Assembly (NCBI GenBank): GCA_963752255.1
Contig: CAVVXT010000019.1
Span: 224,001 to 288,000, forward strand
Reading direction: 5' to 3'
Length of the DNA: 64,000 bases
Origin: Nitrososphaeria archaeon
GTDB taxonomy: Archaea > Thermoproteota > Nitrososphaeria > JACIWG01
How positions within the stretch are numbered: the stretch's first letter is position 1; the number at the start of each line of letters is the position of its first letter. Below the pieces are notes generated by a model. The model saw only the letters and a list, made by a program, of their open reading frames with translations, did not search any database and was not told the DNA's origin. Shown piece by piece: positions 49,628 through 59,613 of the stretch. The position numbers and the translations under genes were made by a program.

Positions 49628-50356
49628 CTATTCACCACCCAACGATATGAGAGGCTTCTCAGCACCCACAGCTAAAAGAATACGTACGGGAACTTTTACC
49701 GTTGAACCTTCGACATCGACCAAAGCAGACTTTTGGGAAGTTAGACCACCGGGTAATATCTTATTTACGACGCCTAGTTTACCTGATGCTTTACCTTTAA
49801 AGAAGATCACTAAGGAACCCTTATCCATCTTAACGTTTGAAACAATTTTATTGTCCGGAATACTTATTAGCAGACTGTCGTCGACGTTCACACCTGTATC
49901 TTCCTTAGAAAGGATTGTGCGACCGTCATGGAGCCCATAGGAGAAAATGTTTCCACGAACTTTCATCTTAGATTTAACCCTACAAAGTTTCATCTTAGCT
50001 GATTCCGAGTCTACGACTACAGGAAAGAGTATTGAACCCTTCGTGGGAAGAAGGCGAAAAATCTTGCCCATTGATGGAATATTTACGACATCCATTAAAC
50101 CTACAGGAAACTTTGCATCCCTTCTTACAACACCATCGACGATAATTTTGTTTGAATCAATCACGGACCGAGCGCCTCTCATCGTCTTTACGACCTTAAT
50201 GACATCCCTTAGGAAGGTTGCCAAAGAGTAGCTCCCGTTGATTGGATGAGGACCCGGAGACTGCTTTAATGCAAACTGGCCTTCTTTACGCGGTATTTTC
50301 CAGAATTTCGGTGCTGCACTTCTTTTCATGTGTCTTGAAGAACCCATGCTGCCCAT
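49628..50356 (-). CDS. rps4e: 30S ribosomal protein eS4
   Basis: HMKRSAAP, PGPH, DGVVRRD..FPVGLMDV, HDGR. Confidence 0.96.
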   Translation of the reverse strand: MGSMGSSRHMKRSAAPKFWKIPRKEGQFALKQSPGPHPINGSYSLATFLRDVIKVVKTMRGARSVIDSNKIIVDGVVRRDAKFPVGLMDVVNIPSMGKIFRLLPTKGSILFPVVVDSESAKMKLCRVKSKMKVRGNIFSYGLHDGRTILSKEDTGVNVDDSLLISIPDNKIVSNVKMDKGSLVIFFKGKASGKLGVVNKILPGGLTSQKSALVDVEGSTVKVPVRILLAVGAEKPLISLGGE

Positions 50357-50358
50357 TG

Positions 50359-50733
50359 CTAGGCACCTCTTGACGTGGGCGTCTTCGACTCAAAACGTGT
50401 TTTTCTAAGTTTATCCTCTAAGTTTAGCGAAGTTATCATAACCTTTGAGGCTGTAATCATCACAGGAGTCTGCTCTCCTTTTACCCTTTCCCTATAAACT
50501 CCTTCAACAGAAATCGTGCCGTTTTCTACATTAACACCGGTCACTTTTCCTTCGACTCCGGCATACTCGCCTCTGACAATTTTGACACTATCTCCCTTCT
50601 TGATGCGAACGGTTTTAAAGGCATATTTTGTGCGCAAGTCATCTGACAACCGGGCATTAATAATTTTACCTAACTTATGCAGCGGGGCGTTAAACATCCT
50701 ATTTCTAACCTTGGATGGTTTATCAGAGGACAT
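50359..50733 (-). CDS. rpl24: 50S ribosomal protein uL24
   Basis: APLH, KGDSVKIVRG KOW motif, SKVMI. Confidence 0.95.
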   Translation of the reverse strand: MSSDKPSKVRNRMFNAPLHKLGKIINARLSDDLRTKYAFKTVRIKKGDSVKIVRGEYAGVEGKVTGVNVENGTISVEGVYRERVKGEQTPVMITASKVMITSLNLEDKLRKTRFESKTPTSRGA

Positions 50734-50742
50734 GCCAATCAC

Positions 50743-51180
50743 CTACACGATTATAGACGAAAGGTTAGCGATGCGAGGCCATCTTTCAGCGGCCTCTGAC
50801 GCAACAGGACCCTTTATTTCGGTGCCTTTAACCTCACCCTCAGGAGTTATAATCACTGCTGCGTTATCTTCAAAAGACATTCTTGAACCAGAAATACGTC
50901 GTACAGGATACCTCTGCCTAACGACTATCGCTGTAAAGACCTGTTTCTTGAGATCAGGAGGACCCTTCTTGACAACAACACTAATCTTATCGCCTACTGA
51001 AGCAGATGGAATACGTCTAAGCCTACCATGGTACTGCAAGACCTGTACAACCCTCAAAGTCCTTGCACCCGTGTTGTCTGCACAGTTTATGACAGCGGTA
51101 ACAGGAATACCTCTCGTAACATGAGGTTTGAATTCTTGAGAGCCCTTTGCGGATACTGCTCTAGACTTACCGCTTGACAT
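50743..51180 (-). CDS. rpl14: 50S ribosomal protein uL14
   Basis: CADNTGA, FEDNAAV, KGPVA.EAAERWP. Confidence 0.97.
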   Translation of the reverse strand: MSSGKSRAVSAKGSQEFKPHVTRGIPVTAVINCADNTGARTLRVVQVLQYHGRLRRIPSASVGDKISVVVKKGPPDLKKQVFTAIVVRQRYPVRRISGSRMSFEDNAAVIITPEGEVKGTEIKGPVASEAAERWPRIANLSSIIV

Positions 51181-51181
51181 A

Positions 51182-51508
51182 TTACTTACTACCTCTGTTT
51201 CTTAGTACAACGAAAGATACTGTCTTAGAAAGAGGTCTACATTCACCTAAGGTAACGTTATCACCTACCTCAACAGTGATACACTGCGGAAGTTTCGCGT
51301 GAACCTTCTTTCTTAACCTATAGTATCTATTGAACTTGGTGGAGTACCTTGTAAGCTCTTTTTCGACAACCACAATATTCTTAGCCTCTACACTAGCCAC
51401 TTTACCGGTCTGCAATATTCCCCTAACAGGTAGACTCCCGTGGAAAGGGCACAGCGAATCACTGCACGTTCTTTCTGGAGGTTTTAGGGGGATACCAACA
51501 TTCCTCAC
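51182..51508 (-). CDS. rps17: 30S ribosomal protein uS17
   Basis: CPFHG, ECRPLSKTVSF. Confidence 0.96.
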   Translation of the reverse strand: MRNVGIPLKPPERTCSDSLCPFHGSLPVRGILQTGKVASVEAKNIVVVEKELTRYSTKFNRYYRLRKKVHAKLPQCITVEVGDNVTLGECRPLSKTVSFVVLRNRGSK

Positions 51509-51514
51509 AAAATT

Positions 51515-51784
51515 TCACCTTAACCTTAATAGTCTAATCTCAGGCCTCCCTAAGATGAGGGAGCCTGGAAGTTCTGTCAACTGACCTGAAGGCAGAGTGA
51601 ATTCAAACGTGCAGGCTGCCTTAGGTGCGGCAAGATTACTTCTTCCATTGTTAAAGTATATCATATTCTTGGTCTCCAGCACAACCTTCCCTTTTAAGCC
51701 AACTAAACTTTCAATCTTTGAGTCAACTATTTTAACGTTCAAACACATAAGCTCGTGATATCTTAGATTACTTGGTGTAATCAT
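51515..51784 (-). CDS. rnp1: RNase P protein component 1 (Rpp29/Pop4)
   Basis: HEL..L, G.V..ETKN, PK, GRPE.RL; between uL29 and uS17. Confidence 0.92.
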   Translation of the reverse strand: MITPSNLRYHELMCLNVKIVDSKIESLVGLKGKVVLETKNMIYFNNGRSNLAAPKAACTFEFTLPSGQLTELPGSLILGRPEIRLLRLR

Positions 51785-52020
51785 GCTTCCTTCTTCGCCT
51801 CATTTGTTTTGCTGATCTGCCTGAGACTTCTTGTAGTTTCTAGCCTCGCGATATTCCTTCTTACGCTCTTGATCATGCCAGTCTCCTTCTTCAGAGCACC
51901 TCTTGCTGACATACCCCGGAGCCTAGAGTATTCGTTACGGAGCTCAAGTAGCCTTTTTTCGAGCTCCTCTGCGGATAGATTAAGCAACTCCTTCTCCTTC
52001 AGCTTTTTCAACAACTTCAC
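51781..52020 (-). CDS. rpl29: 50S ribosomal protein uL29
   Basis: EL..RLLELRNE, VRRNIARLET; true start may be TTG 52011. Confidence 0.9.
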   Translation of the reverse strand: MKLLKKLKEKELLNLSAEELEKRLLELRNEYSRLRGMSARGALKKETGMIKSVRRNIARLETTRSLRQISKTNEAKKEA

Positions 52021-52648
52021 CTTCTTTCACAGGTTCAGCGACCTGCTTTAATTGGAATTCAGGAGTCATTCTACTCTTCAACGCGATTCTGACTTTAACA
52101 CCGAAAAGACCGGCTTTAAGGAGAACGCTCGTTGTACCCTTCAGAACAGCGACCCTAGCAATCTCTCCACTCTTCGGGACTACTCCTGCAACAAACTTTT
52201 GGTAGTGTGCGCGTTCACTCCTTATTTTACCAGAAATTATTATTTCACAACCTAAGGCGCCGGCGTTCATTATCTGATTTAGCGCCCAGATTGCGGTCCT
52301 CCTAAAAGGTGTACCCTTCTGCATAGATGCCGCGATCCTTTCACAAATCACTCTGGGGTTAGCTTCAGGGACTTCAATTTCAGCAACAGAAATCTGTATA
52401 TTATTCAGATTGAACTTCGAAGTAAGCTTATCTGAAATGTCTTTAATTCCTATACCTCTCCTACCGATGACAAGGCCAGGTCGAGTGACGTAAAGAGTCA
52501 ACCTTACACCTAATGGGCCTTCAGAAACTTGAACTCCACCGTATCCGGCGTCCTTCAATTCCTGCTCAAGGTATTCGTCTATCCCTGCGTAAGTCGTCTG
52601 TTTGACCAAAATCTTCTTAATCGGAGAACGCTCTATCTGTTCAGACAT
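51980..52648 (-). CDS. rps3: 30S ribosomal protein uS3
   Basis: AGYGG, RPGLVIGRRG KH domain, GALGCEIIISGK, GVKVRI. Confidence 0.96.
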   Translation of the reverse strand: MSEQIERSPIKKILVKQTTYAGIDEYLEQELKDAGYGGVQVSEGPLGVRLTLYVTRPGLVIGRRGIGIKDISDKLTSKFNLNNIQISVAEIEVPEANPRVICERIAASMQKGTPFRRTAIWALNQIMNAGALGCEIIISGKIRSERAHYQKFVAGVVPKSGEIARVAVLKGTTSVLLKAGLFGVKVRIALKSRMTPEFQLKQVAEPVKEGEVVEKAEGEGVA

Positions 52649-52652
52649 AATC

Positions 52653-53117
52653 TTACGCCATCTCCCTCCCAACAAGCTCTATATGAACTAGTACATGAAA
52701 ATTGGGGGAAGAGCGTCCCATAGCCCTTGGGACGAAATCCTTTACCACTAAACCCCTATACGCGTTAGCATGAACAACAGCAACCTTGTCAACATTCATA
52801 CCCTTAAATGAAGCATTATTTTCCAGATTATCTAAAAGCTTTAGAAAAACTTCGGCGGCTTTAACAGGATAACGTCCTGCCACATAGCCAGGAGTAGAAG
52901 ACTTGTGTGAGACCTGCTCATGGTAACGTGCAAAAGATATAGCGACCTTCTTTTTAATAACATCCTCCAAAAGCTTCCTTGCTTTTGCAATATTCATCCC
53001 CTTTATCGTTTTACAGATCTCTCTTGCATGCTTTGGTGAAATATTGACTTCACGAGCGCTAGCCCTAATGTATAAAAGTGGGTCTCCTACTTGGAAGCTG
53101 TACCCAAACTTAGGCAA
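52653..53117 (-). CDS. rpl22: 50S ribosomal protein uL22
   Basis: SPKHAREIC, GRYPVKAA, PRAMGR, HIE; TTG start after a GGTGA SD. Confidence 0.96.
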   Translation of the reverse strand: MPKFGYSFQVGDPLLYIRASAREVNISPKHAREICKTIKGMNIAKARKLLEDVIKKKVAISFARYHEQVSHKSSTPGYVAGRYPVKAAEVFLKLLDNLENNASFKGMNVDKVAVVHANAYRGLVVKDFVPRAMGRSSPNFHVLVHIELVGREMA

Positions 53118-53535
53118 ATATCATCACCGAGTAAGTTAACCCCAATTTCTATTAGCATAAATACTTTAATTAATTTGGGGGAAAAAAAGTTAAAGGGTAG
53201 CAATAAGACATTATATGAGAAAAAAAGGTTTAAGGACTTTGAATAACAATTGCTTTAAAACCAAGCTGGTTGTGGAGAATAGAGCAAACAGGTGCGCGGG
53301 GAAGATCTTATTCCTCCGGAACAGCAACCGAACCGACTTTAGACCTTTATGCTATATATCACTTTTTATAACTAACCAGCTTTTTCGAGGTCAACGATAA
53401 ATCTAGCCAAGGAGCTTCCTTCAAAATTTATACATACACAAGATAGTAAGATAACAGGGTACATTCCCTTTGTGATCGAAGTTATCACTGCACACAGCGA
53501 CCTTGAAAGAAAACGAGACCTCTATTGGACTTGAT

Positions 53536-53931
53536 CTACTTCAGAGGTACATACAGACTTGAACGGGATGCACCAATGCCTGGGGTGCCGTGAACAACCT
53601 TTTTGTTTGTTATCGCGTATTCTCCGAGATAGTGGCCTATCATCTCAGGTTTTATTTCTACAGGAAAGAACTCTTTTCCATTATGGACTTGAATGGTTGC
53701 ACCGACCATGAATGGTAGAATGATCATGTCCCTTGCATGAGTCTTTACAGGGTTCTTTTTGGGGATTTCCTTCGATTTTTTGACATCGTCGAGAAGTTTT
53801 GTCTTTTCTCTACTTAACCCTCTGTTGAGGGAACGACGCATCCGTGATGGCAGAAGACCGATGAAGATCTCATACGACATTTCCTGCAACTGTTCAAGCG
53901 TGTAACCCCTATACTTAAACTCCTTAGGCGT
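53536..53931 (-). CDS. rps19: 30S ribosomal protein uS19, inferred ACG start
   Basis: ACG CCT AAG GAG TTT AAG TAT AGG GGT = (M)PKEFKYRG; GAGGTGA SD; in-frame TGA at 53941-53943; [26 protein letters not shown]. Confidence 0.94.
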   Translation of the reverse strand, partial: TPKEFKYRGYTLEQLQEMSYEIFIGLLPSRMRRSLNRGLSREKTKLLDDVKKSKEIPKKNPVKTHARDMIILPFMVGATIQVHNGKEFFPVEIKPEMIGHYLGEYAITNKKVVHGTPGIGASRSSLYVPLK

Positions 53932-53935
53932 CCTT

Positions 53936-54670
53936 CTACCTCACCTCTAACATTCTCCTTATACGTTTCCTACCAGTTTTTCTCGGCGCTATGTGACCAA
54001 CTTTTCTGCCAGGTGGGGCATTTCTTGAAGTCGAAGTTGACTTTCCGGGATGCTGGTGTCTGCCTCCACCGAACGGGTGGTGTACGGCAGCCATCGCAAT
54101 ACCTCTCATACGCGGATAGAGTTTGATCTTTGCTTCCATCAAGTGATACTTCGCTCCGGCTTTAAGAAACGGTTTTTCTCCGAAGCCGCCCCCTGCTATT
54201 ACTCCCACTGTGGCTCTACACCTCCCATCAAGTAAAATCATCTTGCCGGATGGGAACTTTATAATACTGCCTTGAGCCGACTGCGAAAACAGTATTGCAG
54301 ATGTGCCGGCGGCTTTAACTAACTTGCCGCCATCTCCTGGATGTCTTTCAATATTACATATGGTGGAACCTTCGAGGACTTCTTTAAGCATCAAAATATT
54401 ACCATTTCTCATTCCGGCCTTCGGCCCCAGTTCGATATCTGAACCAACTACGGTGCCCTTGATTGCAGGAAGGTAATAGAACTTTTCTCCGATCTTCAAT
54501 TGAGCCAATGGTGCCATTCTTCCACGTTCATGTTGCAGTCTCATAACTGAGCCTACAGTCTTCTCTTCGCTAATAGGCGGGTAAAGCGTCTGACTAATTT
54601 TGCCAACCTTAGGGGCACGATACTGTGAATGCCCCATCCCTCTTCTCTGCTGAATCAACGACTTGCCCAT
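53936..54670 (-). CDS. rpl2: 50S ribosomal protein uL2
   Basis: [27 protein letters not shown]. Confidence 0.97.
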   Translation of the reverse strand: MGKSLIQQRRGMGHSQYRAPKVGKISQTLYPPISEEKTVGSVMRLQHERGRMAPLAQLKIGEKFYYLPAIKGTVVGSDIELGPKAGMRNGNILMLKEVLEGSTICNIERHPGDGGKLVKAAGTSAILFSQSAQGSIIKFPSGKMILLDGRCRATVGVIAGGGFGEKPFLKAGAKYHLMEAKIKLYPRMRGIAMAAVHHPFGGGRHQHPGKSTSTSRNAPPGRKVGHIAPRKTGRKRIRRMLEVR

Positions 54671-54682
54671 TTACAATCACCA

Positions 54683-54949
54683 CTATACTATACCGATCTT
54701 TGAAGCCAGCTCCGATGCGGGATACTCGTTCGCAAGACGCACATAAGCCTTTTTCCCCTTTTTTGTGATAAGAAGGTTAACCTTATCAACTTTAACATCG
54801 TATAGCGTTTCAACAGCATCCTTTACCTTATCCTTGTCACCCTTTCCATCGACAATGAAAGTTATAGTATTGTTATTGTTAATAAGTATCGACGTCTTTT
54901 CAGTAATATAAGGATATTTGACAACCTTCAAAGCTTCGATCTGGTTCAT
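54683..54949 (-). CDS. rpl23: 50S ribosomal protein uL23
   Basis: PYITEK, TFIVD, VKVDKVN, KKAYVRL. Confidence 0.96.
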   Translation of the reverse strand: MNQIEALKVVKYPYITEKTSILINNNNTITFIVDGKGDKDKVKDAVETLYDVKVDKVNLLITKKGKKAYVRLANEYPASELASKIGIV

Positions 54950-55743
54950 GATACAACACCTTTGAACTTCTCATCCAGCTTACTTAGCGCTGACTCGGTC
55001 CAAATAGCGAATCTTAAAGGATGACCTCCTGTAACAAAATCAAGAACAGATAGTGAAGAGACGTCAACAACCTTCACACCTGGAATATTCCCAGCGGCGT
55101 TCATTAGACCACTTTCCTTAGAGGACACTACTATAAGAGGCCCAACCGGAACACGTTTTCCACGACCCCTTCTTCTAGCATTTCCACTTCTCTTCTTTAT
55201 GCCATCCTTTATCCTCTGCATTTCTTCCTCCAATCCCCAGAGCTTGAAGGCGCTGATAATATCCTTAACCTTTGTAACCTGCTCAAAGTCTGACGTGACA
55301 ATGAATGGGAATGAGGGAACGTTCTGAACTTTGTGGCCTCTATTCTCCGCAACCTCCTTCAAAGAAGTAGCTGAGATTGCAGATGCTAAGGCCAGCAATC
55401 GTTCTTTCTTGTTAACTTTCCTGTAGATAACCTTCTCAGCCTTCAAGGGATGAGGCAACCTACCTTTAACAACGCTGGCAACTCCAGCTGCTTGACCTGA
55501 TCTGCTATATCTTTCACCTTTAACCCGTGGAACCCTCGCTACACCCCTGCCGGTTTGCCAAGAAATAGCGGAAGTCTTCTCACCAGCCCGTGGATCTCTT
55601 CCTTGAGGCTGCAGTGAATGAGTCCACTGCGCAAGATACACATTGTGTATTACATCTGGTCTGTAGCGTACTGTGAAAACCATAGGAAGGGATATCTGGG
55701 ACTTCTCGGAACCGTCAAGACCGTAAACTGGAACCTCAAGCAT
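54946..55743 (-). CDS. rpl4: 50S ribosomal protein uL4
   Basis: RPDVI, GRGVARVPR, NKKER, NIPGV. Confidence 0.97.
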   Translation of the reverse strand: MLEVPVYGLDGSEKSQISLPMVFTVRYRPDVIHNVYLAQWTHSLQPQGRDPRAGEKTSAISWQTGRGVARVPRVKGERYSRSGQAAGVASVVKGRLPHPLKAEKVIYRKVNKKERLLALASAISATSLKEVAENRGHKVQNVPSFPFIVTSDFEQVTKVKDIISAFKLWGLEEEMQRIKDGIKKRSGNARRRGRGKRVPVGPLIVVSSKESGLMNAAGNIPGVKVVDVSSLSVLDFVTGGHPLRFAIWTESALSKLDEKFKGVVS

Positions 55744-56768
55744 TAGGCGGCACCCTTAATCGAAATAGGCGATACACCCATCTGAATGATCTTGGGAGCC
55801 ACTGGCTTCTCAGACCTCTTCCTCATCGCGAACCTCATGACAACTGGACGTTTAGGTGGTCCCTGTACACTACCGTCGATGATCAAATAGTCTCCCTTGA
55901 CAACACCAAAGTGATCAAAACCTCCTTTGGGATTGAACATCGTGTCTGCGCCAGTGGAATCAGCCAATAGAACCCTCTTGCCATATTCCACCCTTTGACT
56001 GAAGCCCATCTGACCTGCTCTAGCAACAGTATAGACGACAGTAGCTGGATGCCATGGACCAATACATCCTACAGCTCTAACACTCTTTCTTGACTTGTGC
56101 TGTTTCTTCTTTATACCGAATCTTTTAACGGGGCCTTGGAAGCCCTTGCCTCTGGTTATTCCTATCGTGTCAATATATTCTCCTGGTCTGAAAACGTCTT
56201 TAGCGCGTATCTGACTGCCAAGAATCGATTTTGCATAATCCAATTTCTCCTTAAGAGATTTGCCTCCACCGACTTCTACTTCATAGACGATCGGATTCTT
56301 CTGAGACAGATTAGTTTGTGATGGTTCAGCACCTACAAAAATCATAACACGTTTAGTCTTTTCAGCAAAACTATCTAAAGCATTAACATCGAACTTCTTC
56401 TTCAAACAACCTTTTGGCAGCACACGCTCATAGACCTTTGGAAGCTTGTCAGAATAAACTTCAGTGATAGCATATTCACCTTTAACGTCTTTACCGTACA
56501 ATCTTATTCCACAAACAGTTAATGGAGGAGAAGAAACAATTGTTGTAACTCTGAAGACTGGTTTACCAAAAGTTGGAGTATTGGGATTATCTCCTGTGAC
56601 AATGGCATGTGTCGTGCCAGCTTTGAAGCCTACAAAACCCAATAAGATAGGCTTAGGGCTATCAATGTCAGCCCAGTTCTTTACACGCGGTGCGATATCA
56701 CCAGCCCTTCCTCTTGGGCGAAAAGCCAGCGAACCATGCCTCGGAGCACTCTGCTTTCTATGACCCAC
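55743..56768 (-). CDS. rpl3: 50S ribosomal protein uL3
   Basis: PRHGSLAF.PR, GFKAG, GKGFQGPVKRFG, GPWHP, RAGQMG. Confidence 0.97.
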   Translation of the reverse strand: MGHRKQSAPRHGSLAFRPRGRAGDIAPRVKNWADIDSPKPILLGFVGFKAGTTHAIVTGDNPNTPTFGKPVFRVTTIVSSPPLTVCGIRLYGKDVKGEYAITEVYSDKLPKVYERVLPKGCLKKKFDVNALDSFAEKTKRVMIFVGAEPSQTNLSQKNPIVYEVEVGGGKSLKEKLDYAKSILGSQIRAKDVFRPGEYIDTIGITRGKGFQGPVKRFGIKKKQHKSRKSVRAVGCIGPWHPATVVYTVARAGQMGFSQRVEYGKRVLLADSTGADTMFNPKGGFDHFGVVKGDYLIIDGSVQGPPKRPVVMRFAMRKRSEKPVAPKIIQMGVSPISIKGAA

Positions 56769-56823
56769 AGTGAATCACTTGCGTATCTTACCATTTCTAA
56801 AGTGTTTTTAAAGGTTTACCTTT

Positions 56824-57678
56824 TTATCCTCGAACTTTCTGGATCAAATTGATTATTGAGAGAGAGATAAGTATTGCTTCTTCAGACCTTACCGTCACCG
56901 TGCCCTGCCCTGGCACGAAGTTTAATGAAAAATCAGCCACTTTTTCCGGTGTCAGATTCTCCTCTTTTAAAATGTCGTAGAGGCCCTTTCTCGGCGAACC
57001 AAAGATCAGGGCAATGCTATCAAATTGCTTTGCGGCACTACATAATTCTCCAAAATGCTCCTCTGCAGGCGCACCTAACCTCGATGTGATAATTTTGAGT
57101 CCGCTGAAACCACTTTTCAGAGCACGCCCAATGGCACCCACCCTAACCACCTTGTAACCCCAATATTCCTTGATTTCCCCAGTAAAAGCCCGTCTACATA
57201 TTATTTCAGGGGTGAGTGCTTGCACGACAGCAGTTATACGTTCACCTTCGAAACCATGGCCATCATACTTGATAAGAGACTTTAGACCAACGTCAACGTA
57301 ATTTATACCACTCTTCTTTAGGACAACACCCTCCCTAACATCACCGACCTTAAGGTCCTCCAGATGAATGTACGGCTTGTGATGAGGAGTTCTAAGTGGA
57401 GGAAGAATCCCCGCTTCCCTAAGATTTTCATTCTTTGGGAAAAGATGCTTTCTGAGATACTGGGGGGCCTCTGCATACTCTAGGATAAGTTTCATGATCT
57501 TGAAGTCCTGCTCAAAGGGCCCAATTTCTTTGTAGATGTAGATCTTTTCCACTTTGAAGATCGAACAAGATCTTGCTATCGAGCCCAGCTTGAGAGTCTT
57601 ATCCCTCAGATTTGACTCCTCACAGAGAATAGAATCTGGAATATAGATTGACAGGACCATGTCAACCATGGCTAACAC
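56824..57678 (-). CDS. SPOUT RNA methyltransferase (DUF171/SPOUT1-like)
   Basis: IAR...IF.V, PQYLRK, AGILPPLRTPHH, YWGY, FGSP, QGTVTVRSEEA; conserved upstream of uL3; start uncertain. Confidence 0.92.
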   Translation of the reverse strand: MLAMVDMVLSIYIPDSILCEESNLRDKTLKLGSIARSCSIFKVEKIYIYKEIGPFEQDFKIMKLILEYAEAPQYLRKHLFPKNENLREAGILPPLRTPHHKPYIHLEDLKVGDVREGVVLKKSGINYVDVGLKSLIKYDGHGFEGERITAVVQALTPEIICRRAFTGEIKEYWGYKVVRVGAIGRALKSGFSGLKIITSRLGAPAEEHFGELCSAAKQFDSIALIFGSPRKGLYDILKEENLTPEKVADFSLNFVPGQGTVTVRSEEAILISLSIINLIQKVRG

Positions 57679-57721
57679 TTAATATTATATATGCTGTACT
57701 AGGAGGCTTAGTCGATAAAGG

Positions 57722-58102
57722 ATGTCAGAAGAGGATAACGAACTAAAGATACTTAAAGCAAGGAGGTACGCTGAGATGGCGAAAAAACTGCAAGAGCAGA
57801 CTAAAGTAACAAAGGTGAAGACGCCAAGGGACATATTGCTAGAACAATTAACAGACAGAGGAGACGAAGTCCTTTTCAAAGCGGAACAGAGCTATCCTAA
57901 GGAGATGCAGATTGTCGAAGAAAAACTTGCTGAACTCATCAAAACAGGTGAGATAAATCAGAAGATAAAAGGAGGCCAACTATTACAGCTTCTGAGGATG
58001 CTCGGTTTGAATGTGGCAATTGAAACTAAGATCGAATTCTATGAAGACGGAGAGTTTATATCCTTCCAGGATAAAGTCAAGAAATCCATTGAGAAAGACT
58101 AG
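57722..58102 (+). CDS. PDCD5-like dsDNA-binding protein
   Basis: D.EL..LKARR, ILLEQLT, I...QLLQLL pattern. Confidence 0.7.
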   Translation: MSEEDNELKILKARRYAEMAKKLQEQTKVTKVKTPRDILLEQLTDRGDEVLFKAEQSYPKEMQIVEEKLAELIKTGEINQKIKGGQLLQLLRMLGLNVAIETKIEFYEDGEFISFQDKVKKSIEKD

Positions 58103-58261
58103 AATTTTTTCATGCGCACTTTCCTTACAGGTTTAGTAGAGTTTCGCCTGTCCTTTCATATACAACCTTTAACAAAATCCTCACCTTAGAAAGTTCTCAG
58201 TCATCATTCTCTATACTATGCTGTTAATAATTTACTTAAACAAAAAAGAAAATGTTTCCAT

Positions 58262-59293
58262 TTATTGTTTGATATGGTTCATGGCCTTTTCAGCGATGGC
58301 TTTTGCCATACCAAGGGTGGAAGCGTTTCCTCCTAAATCGTATGACACGTTCTTTTTTTCGGCAATCACTTCTTCTGTAGCATCAAAGATCGCTTTGCCA
58401 GGCGCCATTTCACCAAGGTACATCAACATCCATGCGGCTGAGAGTATCATGGCTGTTGGATTAACTTTGTACAGGCCCTTATATTTCGGAGCGCTACCAT
58501 GAGCAGGCTCAAATAATGCATAACCATCCCCGAAGTTTGCGGAGTATATGCATCCAATGCTACCTACAAGACCGGAAGCTTCCTCAGATATGATGTCCAT
58601 GAACAGGTTTGAGCCTAGTATGATGTTCTGATTGAACCTTTGTGGGTTCTTAACAAGCTGCTGGGACATATTGTCAATATAATATTCTTCAAATTCTATC
58701 CCTCGGAAACTTTTGGAAATCTTGTCAACAGATTCCATAAAGATTCCATCACATTCTCTCATTATATTCCGTTTTGTGACAACAACTATCTTCGTCCACC
58801 CTCTTTCTTCGGCGAGCTTGAATGCCTTTCTTGCAACCTTTTCAGACTGTTTTCTAGTAATCTTTCTTATAGCAATTGCAGCATCATCGCCGATTTTATG
58901 CTCTAAGCCACTATAGAGACCTTCAGTGGTTTCTCTAACACATACAAAATCGACTTCACCAAGAGGACCTTCGAAGCCCTTGAACGTTTTAATAGGTCTG
59001 ACATTTGCATAAAGGTCAAATTTCTGTCGAATACTGACGACGACACTCCTAGGGGCGCCACTTATCGATGGGGTGGTTAAAGGCGCCTTCAGGCACACAT
59101 CTACTCCCTTAAGCTTTTCCCATGTTGCGTTGGGGATAAAGGATTCTCCTCCATGAGTCTGCCACCATTCGTAGCCTGCATCACATTCAATAAAATCGAT
59201 CTTCGGTTTTACAGAGTCAAAAACGATCTTTACAGCTTCAACTAGTTCAGGACCTACTCCATCACCCTTAATTAATGCAACTTGCTTAGCCAA
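58262..59293 (-). CDS. Isocitrate/isopropylmalate dehydrogenase family protein
   Basis: GDGVGPE, DLYANVRP, RETTEGLYSG, NLFMDIISE, FEPAHGSAP, DLGG. Confidence 0.93.
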   Translation of the reverse strand: MAKQVALIKGDGVGPELVEAVKIVFDSVKPKIDFIECDAGYEWWQTHGGESFIPNATWEKLKGVDVCLKAPLTTPSISGAPRSVVVSIRQKFDLYANVRPIKTFKGFEGPLGEVDFVCVRETTEGLYSGLEHKIGDDAAIAIRKITRKQSEKVARKAFKLAEERGWTKIVVVTKRNIMRECDGIFMESVDKISKSFRGIEFEEYYIDNMSQQLVKNPQRFNQNIILGSNLFMDIISEEASGLVGSIGCIYSANFGDGYALFEPAHGSAPKYKGLYKVNPTAMILSAAWMLMYLGEMAPGKAIFDATEEVIAEKKNVSYDLGGNASTLGMAKAIAEKAMNHIKQ

Positions 59294-59613
59294 CTATATA
59301 CACTATAAGAGCTCCGTATAGTTGTCAATTAAATCTTTCGCATAACATAATTATAAAATCTTAACTCGAAAACCAGTCGCAATAAAAAATAAGATTTCAT
59401 GTGAGAACCAAATTTTCCTGATATCGAAGTAATGACGTAAATAACGCATGCTTTGGCTTTCAAATAAATGAAAGGGAAAGAATGGATTTAGTTAAGCCTT
59501 TAATTACATTAAATTGTAAAAAAAGCTGGTGCTGCACTTGGAGGTCGTTCTAATGTTAGAACAATTCGTTCAAATTATAGAATTATCTCTACTACCATAC
59601 ATCACATAAAGCG

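Noticed and set aside
53215-53400. 61-aa ORF in the uS19-uL22 spacer
   Set aside because: Opposite strand to the operon, no SD or motif; the GC-rich part is better explained as RNA structure.
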